Source: a virus (taxonomy: Duplodnaviria > Heunggongvirae > Uroviricota > Caudoviricetes > Ackermannviridae). Taken from it: a stretch of 40,720 bases of DNA. Location of the stretch: positions 1 through 40,720 of the IMG/VR virus record IMGVR_UViG_2974499353_000001, one strand, 5' to 3'. The number at the start of each line of letters is the position of its first letter. The first letter of the stretch is position 1. Shown here piece by piece: positions 8,524-17,199 of this stretch. A model generated the notes under the pieces. That model worked only from the letters and a program-made list of their open reading frames with translations. It did not search any database and was not told where the DNA came from. Made by a program: the position numbers and the translations under genes.

Positions 8524-10437
8524 ATGTCCAACAAAATTGATATTGAACGCAAATACAAAAAGCTCACTCACATAGAGCATATCCTACTTCGCCCAGAGCG
8601 TCATCTGGGCAGTATCCGTTCGTCTGTGGGGACGGTGTGGGTGTATGACCCAACCAAAGACAAAGTCATCTTCCGTGACAACTTTGAGTACTCCCCTGCG
8701 CTGATCAAACAGTTTGATGAAATCATCACCAACTGTGTTGACCACAGCAAGACCTCTGAGGGTAAAGGCTTGACGGAAATCACCGTCACGGTCTCCCCTA
8801 TGAACGGTCAAATCATCGTTTCTGACAACGGGGGTATCCCTGTGGTCAAGCATGGCGTCACCAATGAGTGGCTCCCTGAGATGTTGTTTGGCTCGCTCTA
8901 TGCGGGCAGCAACTTCAACGATGAGGACGAGGAGTACAACAACCAGAAGTCCGGCGGCCAGAACGGTGAAGGGGCTTCGCTCGTCAACGTGTTCTCAAAG
9001 TGGTTCCGCGTTGCTACCAGTGACGGCAAGAAGTCTTATACTCAGCTGTTTGAAGACAACATGAGCAAGAAGTCCAATCCGGTCATCGGCAATACACCGA
9101 AAGAGTTCGGCACCACTATTGCCTGGATCCCTGATTATGCGCGCCTGGGTGTTAAGGGGCTTGACCAGAACAACCTGCTCATGATTTACCGTCGTGCATT
9201 CGAAGTGGCAGCATGCAACCCGCGCCTGAAGGTTGTTCTCAACGGCAAGCAAATCCGCATTGATCGATTTGGTCATTTCGTTGATTACTTCTACGCTGGC
9301 TCGGCTGTTGATGAAACGGATGATTGGTCTGTTGCTATCACTCCCTCATCTGGTGCGTTCATGCATGCATCATACGTGAACTCAATCGCCACGCACATCG
9401 GTGGACCTCACGTTGATTATGTTGCTGACCAGATCGTGGCGGCTATACGCCCTCAGCTGGTTAAGAAGTTCAAGACCGAACTGAAGCCAGCGATGATCAA
9501 GAACCACATGTCATTGTTCATCGCCGCCGACATCAACAACCCTCGCTTTGACAGCCAGACCAAGGAGCGCATGACGACTCCTGTGAGCCAGTTTGGTACG
9601 TCCTACAAGCCCAGCGATAAACTGATTCGCAAGGCGCTTGAGTTCGTGACAGCAGGGCTGAGTAAAGAACTGGCTTCATTACGCAATGAACAAGAAGATG
9701 CCGAATTTGAAAAGGCGAAGAAGGATATCAGCAAACGGGATTATCGTGAGATTGAGAAGTATTATCCGGCGACCGCCAGAGGCGACCGCAGTGGGTGTTC
9801 TCTGCTACTGACAGAAGGTGACAGCGCATCCAACCCTATCCTGAACGCTCGTGATACCAAGAAAATTGGTTTGTTCCCGCTTCGTGGTAAGTTTATCAAC
9901 TGCTTGAACGCCCCGCGCTCAAAAGTGATGGCGAACGAAGAGTTCAAGAACCTGTGCACAATCCACGGCGGTGCAGTACCAGGTCAGCCGCTTGACATCA
10001 GCCGCTACCCACAGACCGTCGTGGCAACAGACGCGGATGACGACGGCATTCATATCCGTGGGTTGTTAATAACTCTGTATTGTACGTTCTGGCCTGAATA
10101 CGTTCGTCAGGGTAGGCTGAAGCTCCTTCGTACTCCATACATGCGCGTGTGGTGTGGTAATATAATGCACGAATTCATGAACAATGCCGAATATGAGGAG
10201 TTCCTGAAGACACCCGACGCCAAGAAGATCACGAAGAAGAAATATCTGAAAGGTCTTGGCGGTAACAGCACTGAAGACTTCAAGCGTATTCTAAACAACT
10301 TGGATGCGTATACTACGACGGTCACGCTGGACGATGGATACAAGCAGTCACTGAAGAATGGCTTCGGTGATGAGGCCGCCGATTACCGCAAAACCTGGTT
10401 TAGCGATGTTTGCCTATTTGAAACCGAGGATGAATAA
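8524..10437 (+). CDS. gp39: Type II DNA topoisomerase large subunit (T4 gp39+gp60 equivalent, uninterrupted)
   Basis: EHILLRP, DNGGIP, GGQNGEGA (GHKL ATPase); LLLTEGDSA, PLRGK, TDADDDGIHI (TOPRIM); KYLKGLG. Confidence 0.95.
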   Translation: MSNKIDIERKYKKLTHIEHILLRPERHLGSIRSSVGTVWVYDPTKDKVIFRDNFEYSPALIKQFDEIITNCVDHSKTSEGKGLTEITVTVSPMNGQIIVSDNGGIPVVKHGVTNEWLPEMLFGSLYAGSNFNDEDEEYNNQKSGGQNGEGASLVNVFSKWFRVATSDGKKSYTQLFEDNMSKKSNPVIGNTPKEFGTTIAWIPDYARLGVKGLDQNNLLMIYRRAFEVAACNPRLKVVLNGKQIRIDRFGHFVDYFYAGSAVDETDDWSVAITPSSGAFMHASYVNSIATHIGGPHVDYVADQIVAAIRPQLVKKFKTELKPAMIKNHMSLFIAADINNPRFDSQTKERMTTPVSQFGTSYKPSDKLIRKALEFVTAGLSKELASLRNEQEDAEFEKAKKDISKRDYREIEKYYPATARGDRSGCSLLLTEGDSASNPILNARDTKKIGLFPLRGKFINCLNAPRSKVMANEEFKNLCTIHGGAVPGQPLDISRYPQTVVATDADDDGIHIRGLLITLYCTFWPEYVRQGRLKLLRTPYMRVWCGNIMHEFMNNAEYEEFLKTPDAKKITKKKYLKGLGGNSTEDFKRILNNLDAYTTTVTLDDGYKQSLKNGFGDEAADYRKTWFSDVCLFETEDE

Positions 10438-10438
10438 G

Positions 10439-11770
10439 ATGGTTGCCAAGAGCATTACTGTAACGGACTTTGTCAACACTGACCACAAGGAGTTTTCCGT
10501 GGTCAACAGCATCCGTCAAATCCCTCAGCTGATTGACAGCCTGAAGCCAAGCCAGCGCAAGATCCTCTTCGCTGCTCTTGAATACAACAAGGAGGAGATT
10601 GTTGACCGCCTTGGCATGTTCGCCGCCGCTCGCACGAATTACAAATCCGGTGGTGAGAACATGAGCGGTACGATCGTGAACATGGCTCAGGGGTTCCCAG
10701 GTACGAATAACATCCCATACTTTGACCGCGACGGACAGTTTGGTTCAATCATGGGGCGCGAAGCGTCTTCCGCTCGTTATATTTCAGTAGCAGTGTCTGA
10801 AGTTATCCGTAAAATCTTCCGAAAGGAGGACGATGGGATATTGGAATACAATTATCTTGGGGAAGAGAAACTGGAGCCGAAATTCTTTTTACCCATCCTG
10901 CCCATGTTTCTCGTGAATGGTATCAATGGTATCGGCTCGGGTTATGCCACCGACACCCCATGTCACTGCGTTAAGTCCGTGCTCAGTGCCCTGAGAGCAC
11001 TTCTCCGTGGCGAAGACCCGAAGGACTTAAAACCGTACTGGAATGGTTTCAAAGGAGAGACAGGCTATACTGAGGAAGGAAGAGCATACAGTCGTGGTTT
11101 GTTCACCCGCGTCAATGCAACCACTCTGAACATCACCGAGGTTCCTATTGGTTGGTTCTCTAAAACCTATGAGACCAAAGTGTTGTTGCCGTTGTACAAA
11201 TCCGGCATACTCACTGAATATGCTAACGATACGACCGAAGATGGTTGGGATATCACTGTTGTATTCAAGCGGGGTGAATTGTCTAAGTTGAATGACGAAC
11301 AGGTTGAACAAATGTTCCGCCTCTACTCAGCTAATAAGCCCGTGTGGACAGCTTGGGATGAAGATGGTGTTATTCACCGTTACGATGGTTGGAAAGATAT
11401 GTTGCTTCCATTTTTCAATTATCGCCTGAGTCGCTATGAAGATAGACGTCAGTATCTTATCAAGGAATTGACCGACAAAATACACCGTTTGAACAATCGT
11501 GCCATATTCATTGGGTGGGCTGTCGTTACAGATATGCGCCGGAGCCTCACGGAACTGAAAGCGTTATTCCAGACAGACTATCCTGATTTTGATGGCGATC
11601 TCGATGATTTATTCAAGATGTCTTTATCATCAATTACACTAGATGCCCGTGAACGTTTGTTGAACCAGATAAAGAATTTAGAAGTTCAACGAGAAGAATT
11701 AAATAATAAGCAAGACATCGATCTTTATACTGAAGATTTAGATGATCTTGAAAAGGCATTGGGCCTATAA
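10439..11770 (+). CDS. gp52: Type II DNA topoisomerase medium subunit
   Basis: RQIPQLIDSLKPSQRKIL, GQFGS, SARYI (active-site Tyr), GINGIGSGYAT; start moved to ATG 10439 (GAGGA SD). Confidence 0.95.
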   Translation: MVAKSITVTDFVNTDHKEFSVVNSIRQIPQLIDSLKPSQRKILFAALEYNKEEIVDRLGMFAAARTNYKSGGENMSGTIVNMAQGFPGTNNIPYFDRDGQFGSIMGREASSARYISVAVSEVIRKIFRKEDDGILEYNYLGEEKLEPKFFLPILPMFLVNGINGIGSGYATDTPCHCVKSVLSALRALLRGEDPKDLKPYWNGFKGETGYTEEGRAYSRGLFTRVNATTLNITEVPIGWFSKTYETKVLLPLYKSGILTEYANDTTEDGWDITVVFKRGELSKLNDEQVEQMFRLYSANKPVWTAWDEDGVIHRYDGWKDMLLPFFNYRLSRYEDRRQYLIKELTDKIHRLNNRAIFIGWAVVTDMRRSLTELKALFQTDYPDFDGDLDDLFKMSLSSITLDARERLLNQIKNLEVQREELNNKQDIDLYTEDLDDLEKALGL

Positions 11771-11774
11771 ATCC

Positions 11775-11792
11775 GGAGGGTGAATTCCCTCC
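11775..11792 (+). terminator. Intergenic hairpin after gp52
   Basis: GGAGGG-TGAATT-CCCTCC; no U-tract, so function uncertain. Confidence 0.35.
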
Positions 11793-11812
11793 AAACAAGC
11801 AAGGGGTTCACC

Positions 11813-12091
11813 ATGTTTGTATATTTCCGCAGTCTCTCATTGCTGACTTTCTTCTATTGGTTGTTCGATATCTTATGCCCTCGTTTTATTAAAGAGGAAG
11901 TTGCTTTTGTCAATCATGAAGGCCAACAAGATTTATGGATACCTCTTTGCGCTCTTTCTGATGTAACCGAATCGGATGAAGTGGGTATGGTTGGCACCAT
12001 GCGTTCATTTAATTTATTTGGATTCGCATTATTCCCTAAGTTAATTGGAGAATTACACCCATACAATCCTGATGAAGAAGTGGAGGCGTGA
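11813..12091 (+). CDS. Hypothetical protein
   Basis: AAGGGG SD before ATG 11813; tightly packed with next gene. Confidence 0.65.
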   Translation: MFVYFRSLSLLTFFYWLFDILCPRFIKEEVAFVNHEGQQDLWIPLCALSDVTESDEVGMVGTMRSFNLFGFALFPKLIGELHPYNPDEEVEA

Positions 12092-12092
12092 T

Positions 12093-12404
12093 ATGTCAAA
12101 ATTATTGACTCCAAAATTATTATCAATGGGTGGTTCCATATATTTTCATTGTCCTGGATGTAATATGCTTCATCCTTATCGCATTTCAGGGCAAATGCCT
12201 GGCCCAATATGGCAATGGAATCACGATCTCGAATCACCGACTTTCACTCCTAGTCTGTTGGTGAATCATTCTCATCCGGCGAGTCGTTGTCATTTGTTCT
12301 TGACTGATGGTAAATTACAATTCCTTGGTGACTGTTTCCACGAATTAAAGAATCAAACGGTGGAGATGGTTGATATCCCCGAACCTGAAATATGGATAGA
12401 TTAG
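12093..12404 (+). CDS. DUF6527-like Cys/His Zn-binding protein
   Basis: HCPGC..H...W.WN.D...PTFTPSLLV...RCH.F..DG..QFLGDC.H; GGAGG SD before 12093. Confidence 0.65.
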   Translation: MSKLLTPKLLSMGGSIYFHCPGCNMLHPYRISGQMPGPIWQWNHDLESPTFTPSLLVNHSHPASRCHLFLTDGKLQFLGDCFHELKNQTVEMVDIPEPEIWID

Positions 12405-12407
12405 ATT

Positions 12408-12821
12408 ATGAAATTACTTGGATATTTTCGTTCTTTACCTACTGGATCTCCTAATGGGTGTCAGTTATATTCTGAGGTGAAAGGGGACGTGGACGACACT
12501 CACATCGCCTTGTATACTCGTGATATACCTGACCCAACCAAGTTTGATCGGCGTGTTGTGGCTGCTGCCAACAAATATGGTGATGTGATCGTTGTAAGCG
12601 CCCGACATCACGACAAATTGATGAACACGCAACTCAAACGATTGAAGGAAGCAGGTATTATCGAAACCACCCACACTCGTGAACAAGGGTTTATTGATAA
12701 CTATGGGCAATGGATGTCCCGTGAAGAGGCCGCTGTGGTCGCTCGTGAAGCCGGACAAACTAATCAGGTCCGTTTGAAGAACACTCCTTTCAAAGAACTC
12801 TTTTCCGAAGACCTCTATTGA
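12408..12821 (+). CDS. Conserved phage hypothetical protein
   Basis: Family pattern VVAAA...RH.D...QGFID..G.W.SREEA...A..AGQ...LFSEDLY. Confidence 0.7.
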   Translation: MKLLGYFRSLPTGSPNGCQLYSEVKGDVDDTHIALYTRDIPDPTKFDRRVVAAANKYGDVIVVSARHHDKLMNTQLKRLKEAGIIETTHTREQGFIDNYGQWMSREEAAVVAREAGQTNQVRLKNTPFKELFSEDLY

Positions 12822-12846
12822 ATAAATTGGCGGTATAATTGCCGCC
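12813..12846 (+). promoter_or_regulatory. Box-type promoter CTCTATTGAA-N11-TATAAT with -10 in a stem-loop
   Basis: Box 12813-12822; TATAAT 12834-12839; stem GGCGGTA-TAAT-TGCCGCC 12829-12846. Confidence 0.7.
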
Positions 12847-12870
12847 TAACCCCATAATGAGACAAATAAC

Positions 12871-13095
12871 ATGGCAAATGAAATTGGTGATATTGCCCAG
12901 TTCCGTGCTATTTCACGCCGCCTGAAATCGTATGGACTCGTCATCGAAGAAATAGATGAAGATGTTCAGGGTGTATTGGAAGGGATGTTTGGGAGTACCG
13001 TTGGAACGGAATTATTTGAACTTTTAAAGATGGCAGCTGATAACCAATTCGTTGAATATATTTCTGAACACGCTATTGATGGTCTGAATAAATGA
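12871..13095 (+). CDS. Hypothetical protein
   Basis: 74-aa ORF downstream of the promoter; stop overlaps next start (ATGA). Confidence 0.7.
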   Translation: MANEIGDIAQFRAISRRLKSYGLVIEEIDEDVQGVLEGMFGSTVGTELFELLKMAADNQFVEYISEHAIDGLNK

Positions 13096-13328
13096 ACGAG
13101 TTATATGAATTTGAACGCGTGTATGAGTCCGCTTCAGTTTCAGGATACATGAAACGATTATATCAAGAAATCTGTGTTCGTTTGATAATGCGAGGAATAT
13201 CCGTCAATTGTGTTATGGCACAGACAGACAGTTTTATTATGACACTCACTGACCATCGCCAGAATATGTGTATCATCCAGGTTAGCTGTGTCAACAACGA
13301 AATTATACAATGGAGACGTTACGCATGA
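13092..13328 (+). CDS. Hypothetical protein
   Basis: ATGA coupling at both ends. Confidence 0.65.
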   Translation: MNELYEFERVYESASVSGYMKRLYQEICVRLIMRGISVNCVMAQTDSFIMTLTDHRQNMCIIQVSCVNNEIIQWRRYA

Positions 13329-13930
13329 CCACATATGTTATCACAAACGGCGATTTACTGAAAGCCGCTACGAGTTTTAATCTCATCAATGCTTTCGCTC
13401 ATGGAGCAAATTGTTGGTCTGTGATGGGCGCAGGTATCGCCAACCATGTTCGATTAGATTTCCCAGAAATTTACCGAGCCGACCAATTAGATGAACGTGG
13501 TCCGGAACAACGTTTGGGGAACATGTCCTATGCGTTTGATCATGACACTGGTGTCTGGGGATTCAATTTGTACACTCAGTTCTACCCTGGTCCTAACGCA
13601 CGCATGCCTTCCATTATCAGTTCAGTTCAGATTATGTTTGAACAAGTTCACGATATCATTGAGGCAAAAACTGACGAAACAGTCTATGTTGGTTTACCCG
13701 CCATCGGCTGTGGCATCGGTGGATTGAAACTGTTTCATGTGGTGAGCCAGATTAATAAAATCGCGGATACTATCTTCGAAGATACCAGGCGTCGTGTCGT
13801 ACCCGTCTTTTATATCCGACAGGGTGACGGGTTTGAACAAGATTTACAAGAACTTTCCCAGATGGTGGACTACGGAATCTCTGTCGTAGCTAGTGAAGAA
13901 GATATCATCGAAGAGGAAGGTATTGGATGA
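13325..13930 (+). CDS. Macrodomain protein (T4 Tk.4-like; Poa1/TARG1/DarG class)
   Basis: GDLL...HGANC..VMGAGIA...FNLYTQ...LPAIGCGIGGL; GGAG SD before ATG 13325. Confidence 0.85.
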   Translation: MTTYVITNGDLLKAATSFNLINAFAHGANCWSVMGAGIANHVRLDFPEIYRADQLDERGPEQRLGNMSYAFDHDTGVWGFNLYTQFYPGPNARMPSIISSVQIMFEQVHDIIEAKTDETVYVGLPAIGCGIGGLKLFHVVSQINKIADTIFEDTRRRVVPVFYIRQGDGFEQDLQELSQMVDYGISVVASEEDIIEEEGIG

Positions 13931-14271
13931 AGCGTGAAATAACAGAAGAGATGCTCGCCAAAGCCGTTCTTCATCCCAAGGTGCGTTTTGCATTTATCCC
14001 TACACGTTTACACGACGGAAATTGGGTATGGCTGGAGCATTACGTTCGCGCTCCTATCGGCCTATATGCCCAACTCCGTTATGGCGGCGAAGTCGAGTTG
14101 AAACAATATCGCGTCGGCGGGGGATTAGGCGGGTTGGATGACGGGGAATATTTCCCACATCGCAATTTCGCCATGAACGATAATTCATATTTCAAAGTCG
14201 AGTATGCCACCGCTTGTGGGACATATCCTTTGAAACTCCTTTTAGAGAAAGCAGGGGAAACTGATGTATAA
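13927..14271 (+). CDS. Hypothetical protein
   Basis: Translationally coupled 114-aa ORF with GGAAGG SD. Confidence 0.7.
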   Translation: MKREITEEMLAKAVLHPKVRFAFIPTRLHDGNWVWLEHYVRAPIGLYAQLRYGGEVELKQYRVGGGLGGLDDGEYFPHRNFAMNDNSYFKVEYATACGTYPLKLLLEKAGETDV

Positions 14272-14896
14272 ATCTAATTTCTTGGCCGTCGCTGATAGCG
14301 AAACTCTCGGTCGTTGGGATGATGCTGTCATGTTGTCTTGGGCACAGACTATCGCCGACCTGACCAAGCGTTATACTCTTCAGCAGCTTGTTGTAGAGCG
14401 CACGACATTTATCAAACTGAATGTCAAAGAACAGATTGAACTTGGCCGTGTGAAAGACCAGGGCACTGTGGAATGGTGGCTGGGTACAGGTAAACGCAAC
14501 CCGTGCGACGCCGCCCGAACTATCAGTCTATATCCGACCGACAAGGATATTTCTATTTTCAAATTGGCCGATGAAATTCGCAGGGGATGCCATCGCCTTG
14601 GGATCGACCCGCGATCGGTTGACTGGTGTGATAGGAATCTGTTTGACCTACGCAAGGCTCAGCACATCATTGAGGTGACGTGTAAGCAAGATTCCAACGA
14701 ACCTTGGGACTATCACCACACATTTGACATCGTAAGCTGGCTGAAGGGTGTTGGGCAGCAGGATCGATATGCTGGTATCAAGGCGTGGGAACTGGAAGGC
14801 ATGGTCTATCATGATCCTCGTTATGATGCGGCGCTTGACTGGCTACGCATTCAGAAAACCATGGAAGACCTGATGGGGCTGAAGGTAGAAGGATGA
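14264..14896 (+). CDS. dexA: DexA-like 3'-5' exonuclease (DEDDh)
   Basis: ADSETLG, TVEWW, WC.RN.FD, H.FDI, YHDPRYDAALD align with T4 DexA motifs. Confidence 0.85.
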   Translation: MYKSNFLAVADSETLGRWDDAVMLSWAQTIADLTKRYTLQQLVVERTTFIKLNVKEQIELGRVKDQGTVEWWLGTGKRNPCDAARTISLYPTDKDISIFKLADEIRRGCHRLGIDPRSVDWCDRNLFDLRKAQHIIEVTCKQDSNEPWDYHHTFDIVSWLKGVGQQDRYAGIKAWELEGMVYHDPRYDAALDWLRIQKTMEDLMGLKVEG

Positions 14897-14973
14897 TTCT
14901 TTCCTTGTTTTCATGGTTGTTTACAATCATAGTTTTCTTCATAGTCTGTGTTCAATATTTTGGAGGTTCTTAA
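14893..14973 (+). CDS. 26-aa single-TM micropeptide (below ORF-track cutoff)
   Basis: MILSLFSWLFTIIVFFIVCVQYFGGS; ATGA overlap with the dexA stop, and its TAA abuts the next ATG; AGAAGG SD. Confidence 0.55.
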   Translation: MILSLFSWLFTIIVFFIVCVQYFGGS

Positions 14974-15264
14974 ATGTTCTTTCAAATTGTCGGGGTGATC
15001 ACGACCATTGTTTTTGTTACCATAACGCTTTGGATATTGTATTCTTCATTTATCCATCCGATTTTTCAGGCTCTCAGTATTACGCGTTGGCTCACAGCGT
15101 GTTCTCTGAAATCCGGAAGCGAATGTCCTTCTTTATCGTCCAAATGGAAATTCTTCAAATGGGCGTATGAAGTCGGAGGAGTCCGAACAACCAGATATTC
15201 AAATAATGTGGGGGAATGGTTTAGCATCGGCAATTGGCGTTTGTACGAATCTGAAGACAAATAA
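14974..15264 (+). CDS. Membrane-anchored hypothetical protein
   Basis: GGAGG SD; N-terminal hydrophobic segment. Confidence 0.7.
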   Translation: MFFQIVGVITTIVFVTITLWILYSSFIHPIFQALSITRWLTACSLKSGSECPSLSSKWKFFKWAYEVGGVRTTRYSNNVGEWFSIGNWRLYESEDK

Positions 15265-15282
15265 GCCCCTTTCGGGGCTTTT
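15263..15282 (+). terminator. Rho-independent terminator
   Basis: AAGCCCC-TTTC-GGGGCTTTT. Confidence 0.85.
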
Positions 15283-15336
15283 CTATTTGTATAATGTATT
15301 ATCATTGTACCATCATATCTTTATGGCGCACAACAA

Positions 15337-15633
15337 ATGAAAGAGCAAGAAATTATCCAGCATTGTATTCGCTTAGGAACATTAAAACCTCTCTATCAGG
15401 CTTTGCGTTTCAATGCCATTAAATTCAAACCTTTATCAAGAACTATCGCAACGTTCTTTGCCATGCGTTCTGTTGGAAAAACGATTTTCTTTGAGCATGA
15501 CATTTATTTTTATACAAAGATTAATGGCGAAGATTTAGATAAAATGATTTTCGTGAACGACGATAAAAATATGAAGATAAAAGTGGAAAACGAATTGCGC
15601 AGGATAAATGATTCTTTAAGAGGAATATTTTAA
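15337..15633 (+). CDS. Hypothetical protein (AT-rich)
   Basis: 98-aa ORF after TATAAT at 15290-15295; coupled to the QueC-like gene. Confidence 0.6.
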   Translation: MKEQEIIQHCIRLGTLKPLYQALRFNAIKFKPLSRTIATFFAMRSVGKTIFFEHDIYFYTKINGEDLDKMIFVNDDKNMKIKVENELRRINDSLRGIF

Positions 15634-16295
15634 TGGAAATTGTTGTCTCAATATCTGATTGTGATTTTGTATACCGTGTTCTTCAAGGGGATGCTCCATT
15701 ACCGGAGAATAATCAAGAAGTGACGTTGTTCTGGTCTGGTGGGGTGGATAGCACATACATGTTGATTTGGTTGTTATCGAAAGGATATTCAGTTCATACT
15801 GTGTATTGCCACCTCGAAAATAATAAATTTAAATCTAAGCGCGAAAATTGGGCGAGGAATAAAATACACAACTGGATTAATAAAAATGCCCCACTTCTCA
15901 TGTATCGTTGGACACATCATCAAGAACCTATCAGTAGCATCAACGTCCCGAACGGTGGTTTTCGCTCTTGTTTAGCACAAGCCCCGATATGGTTATTAAA
16001 CACGCAATTTAAAGGCAGGAGCTTGCCTTCCACGTATATATTGGCATATGTTAACGGCGATGACGCAATACACTGGATACCCGCCTTTAATAAAGTCATT
16101 GAAGGGTACAACATGATGACCAGAGACGGGGAAAGACCTATTGAAATTTTATATCCATTGATTAGTCTCAAGAAATCTTGGTTCTATCATCACATGTCCC
16201 CAATACATGACTTAATGACATGGTGTGAATTGCCAATTTTGAAAAAGAATTGTGATTGCCCTGCGTGTGTTCGACATCGCCATGAGTTATCATAG
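15633..16295 (+). CDS. QueC-like PP-loop ATPase (7-cyano-7-deazaguanine synthase family)
   Basis: LFWSGGVDST PP-loop; YPLISLKK; C-terminal TWC...NCDCPAC Zn site. Confidence 0.75.
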   Translation: MEIVVSISDCDFVYRVLQGDAPLPENNQEVTLFWSGGVDSTYMLIWLLSKGYSVHTVYCHLENNKFKSKRENWARNKIHNWINKNAPLLMYRWTHHQEPISSINVPNGGFRSCLAQAPIWLLNTQFKGRSLPSTYILAYVNGDDAIHWIPAFNKVIEGYNMMTRDGERPIEILYPLISLKKSWFYHHMSPIHDLMTWCELPILKKNCDCPACVRHRHELS

Positions 16296-16297
16296 AG

Positions 16298-16639
16298 ATG
16301 AAACGTTCAGTTGTTGTAAATGACATCACGAGATTGATAAATCTTATCAAAGACGTCTTCCCACAACAGGTGGATGTTGAGTATGTTGGGAAGAACGGAA
16401 AGTGCTATCAGGTTGCTCTGGTTCTGAAGCACGTATATCCCCAAGCAGAGATCCATTATAGCCAGATTGAAGGTCATGTATACACCCTGATTGATGGGAA
16501 TTATTATGACATTGAAGGCATTCACTTCAGTGTTCCTCCCGATACGTGCTTATTGGAACATAACAGAGGCCACAAACCACATCGCTGGCATAAAGGGTTT
16601 GTGAACGTGCCGATTTTAGAATGGCTGAGGAGGCCATAA
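16298..16639 (+). CDS. Hypothetical protein
   Basis: 113 aa; G.CYQVAL.LK...[15 protein letters not shown] pattern; coupled to next gene. Confidence 0.7.
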   Translation: MKRSVVVNDITRLINLIKDVFPQQVDVEYVGKNGKCYQVALVLKHVYPQAEIHYSQIEGHVYTLIDGNYYDIEGIHFSVPPDTCLLEHNRGHKPHRWHKGFVNVPILEWLRRP

Positions 16640-17199
16640 TGGCAGGAATTGTTAAGCACCTGGGTGACACCCACCTTGGACACAAGAAGATCTTCAAGCT
16701 CCGTGGGTTCGATACACAAGAAGCCCATGACGCTGCGGTTATAGACAGCATATTTCAAGGGCTGAAATCTCGGGATGTCCTTGAACTGGCGGGGGACATC
16801 TGCTTTATCGGCGCTGAGGGCTTCATCCGTCTGATGCGAGAGGGTGCCAAGCGGAACCTTGATGAGTTCAAGCGTCACCCTGTCCCCGATGACTGGCGTC
16901 CGAACTTTATCATCAGGGTGGCACAGGGCAACCATGACAGTTTCAAAATGTTAATGCGGTTGTATCTAGAGGGCTGGATTACCTCGTTTGGTGCCATGTA
17001 CGAGCGGGATACTTCTGTCGGTCCGGTTTTGACTACACACGTTCCGTATCAATTAGATCGTTGGGCGTATAATATCCATGGACATCTTCACGAAAAGATC
17101 CGCGAAGAACGTGAATATCTGAACTGTAGCTGGGAACAATTCAAACGACCTGTTACTCTGGCTGAATTGTTATACACAAATTTAGGAATCATAATATGA
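16639..17199 (+). CDS. Calcineurin-like metallophosphoesterase
   Basis: GDTHLGH, LAGDI, GNHD, THVP, NIHGHLH; GAGGAGG SD before ATG 16639. Confidence 0.85.
   Translation: MAGIVKHLGDTHLGHKKIFKLRGFDTQEAHDAAVIDSIFQGLKSRDVLELAGDICFIGAEGFIRLMREGAKRNLDEFKRHPVPDDWRPNFIIRVAQGNHDSFKMLMRLYLEGWITSFGAMYERDTSVGPVLTTHVPYQLDRWAYNIHGHLHEKIREEREYLNCSWEQFKRPVTLAELLYTNLGIII

Noticed and set aside
8524-11770. T4-style gp60 ribosomal hop, intron or intein in topoisomerase
   Set aside because: gp39 and gp60 equivalents are one continuous ORF of normal length; no intein Cys/His-Asn motifs and no inserted nuclease.
11766-11773. TATAAATC as a late promoter after gp52
   Set aside because: Mismatch at the conserved last A, it overlaps a stop codon, and the downstream genes are not virion-like.
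15633-16295. Complete 7-deazaguanine DNA-modification system
   Set aside because: Only a QueC-like gene is present; no folE, queD, queE or dpdA in the window.
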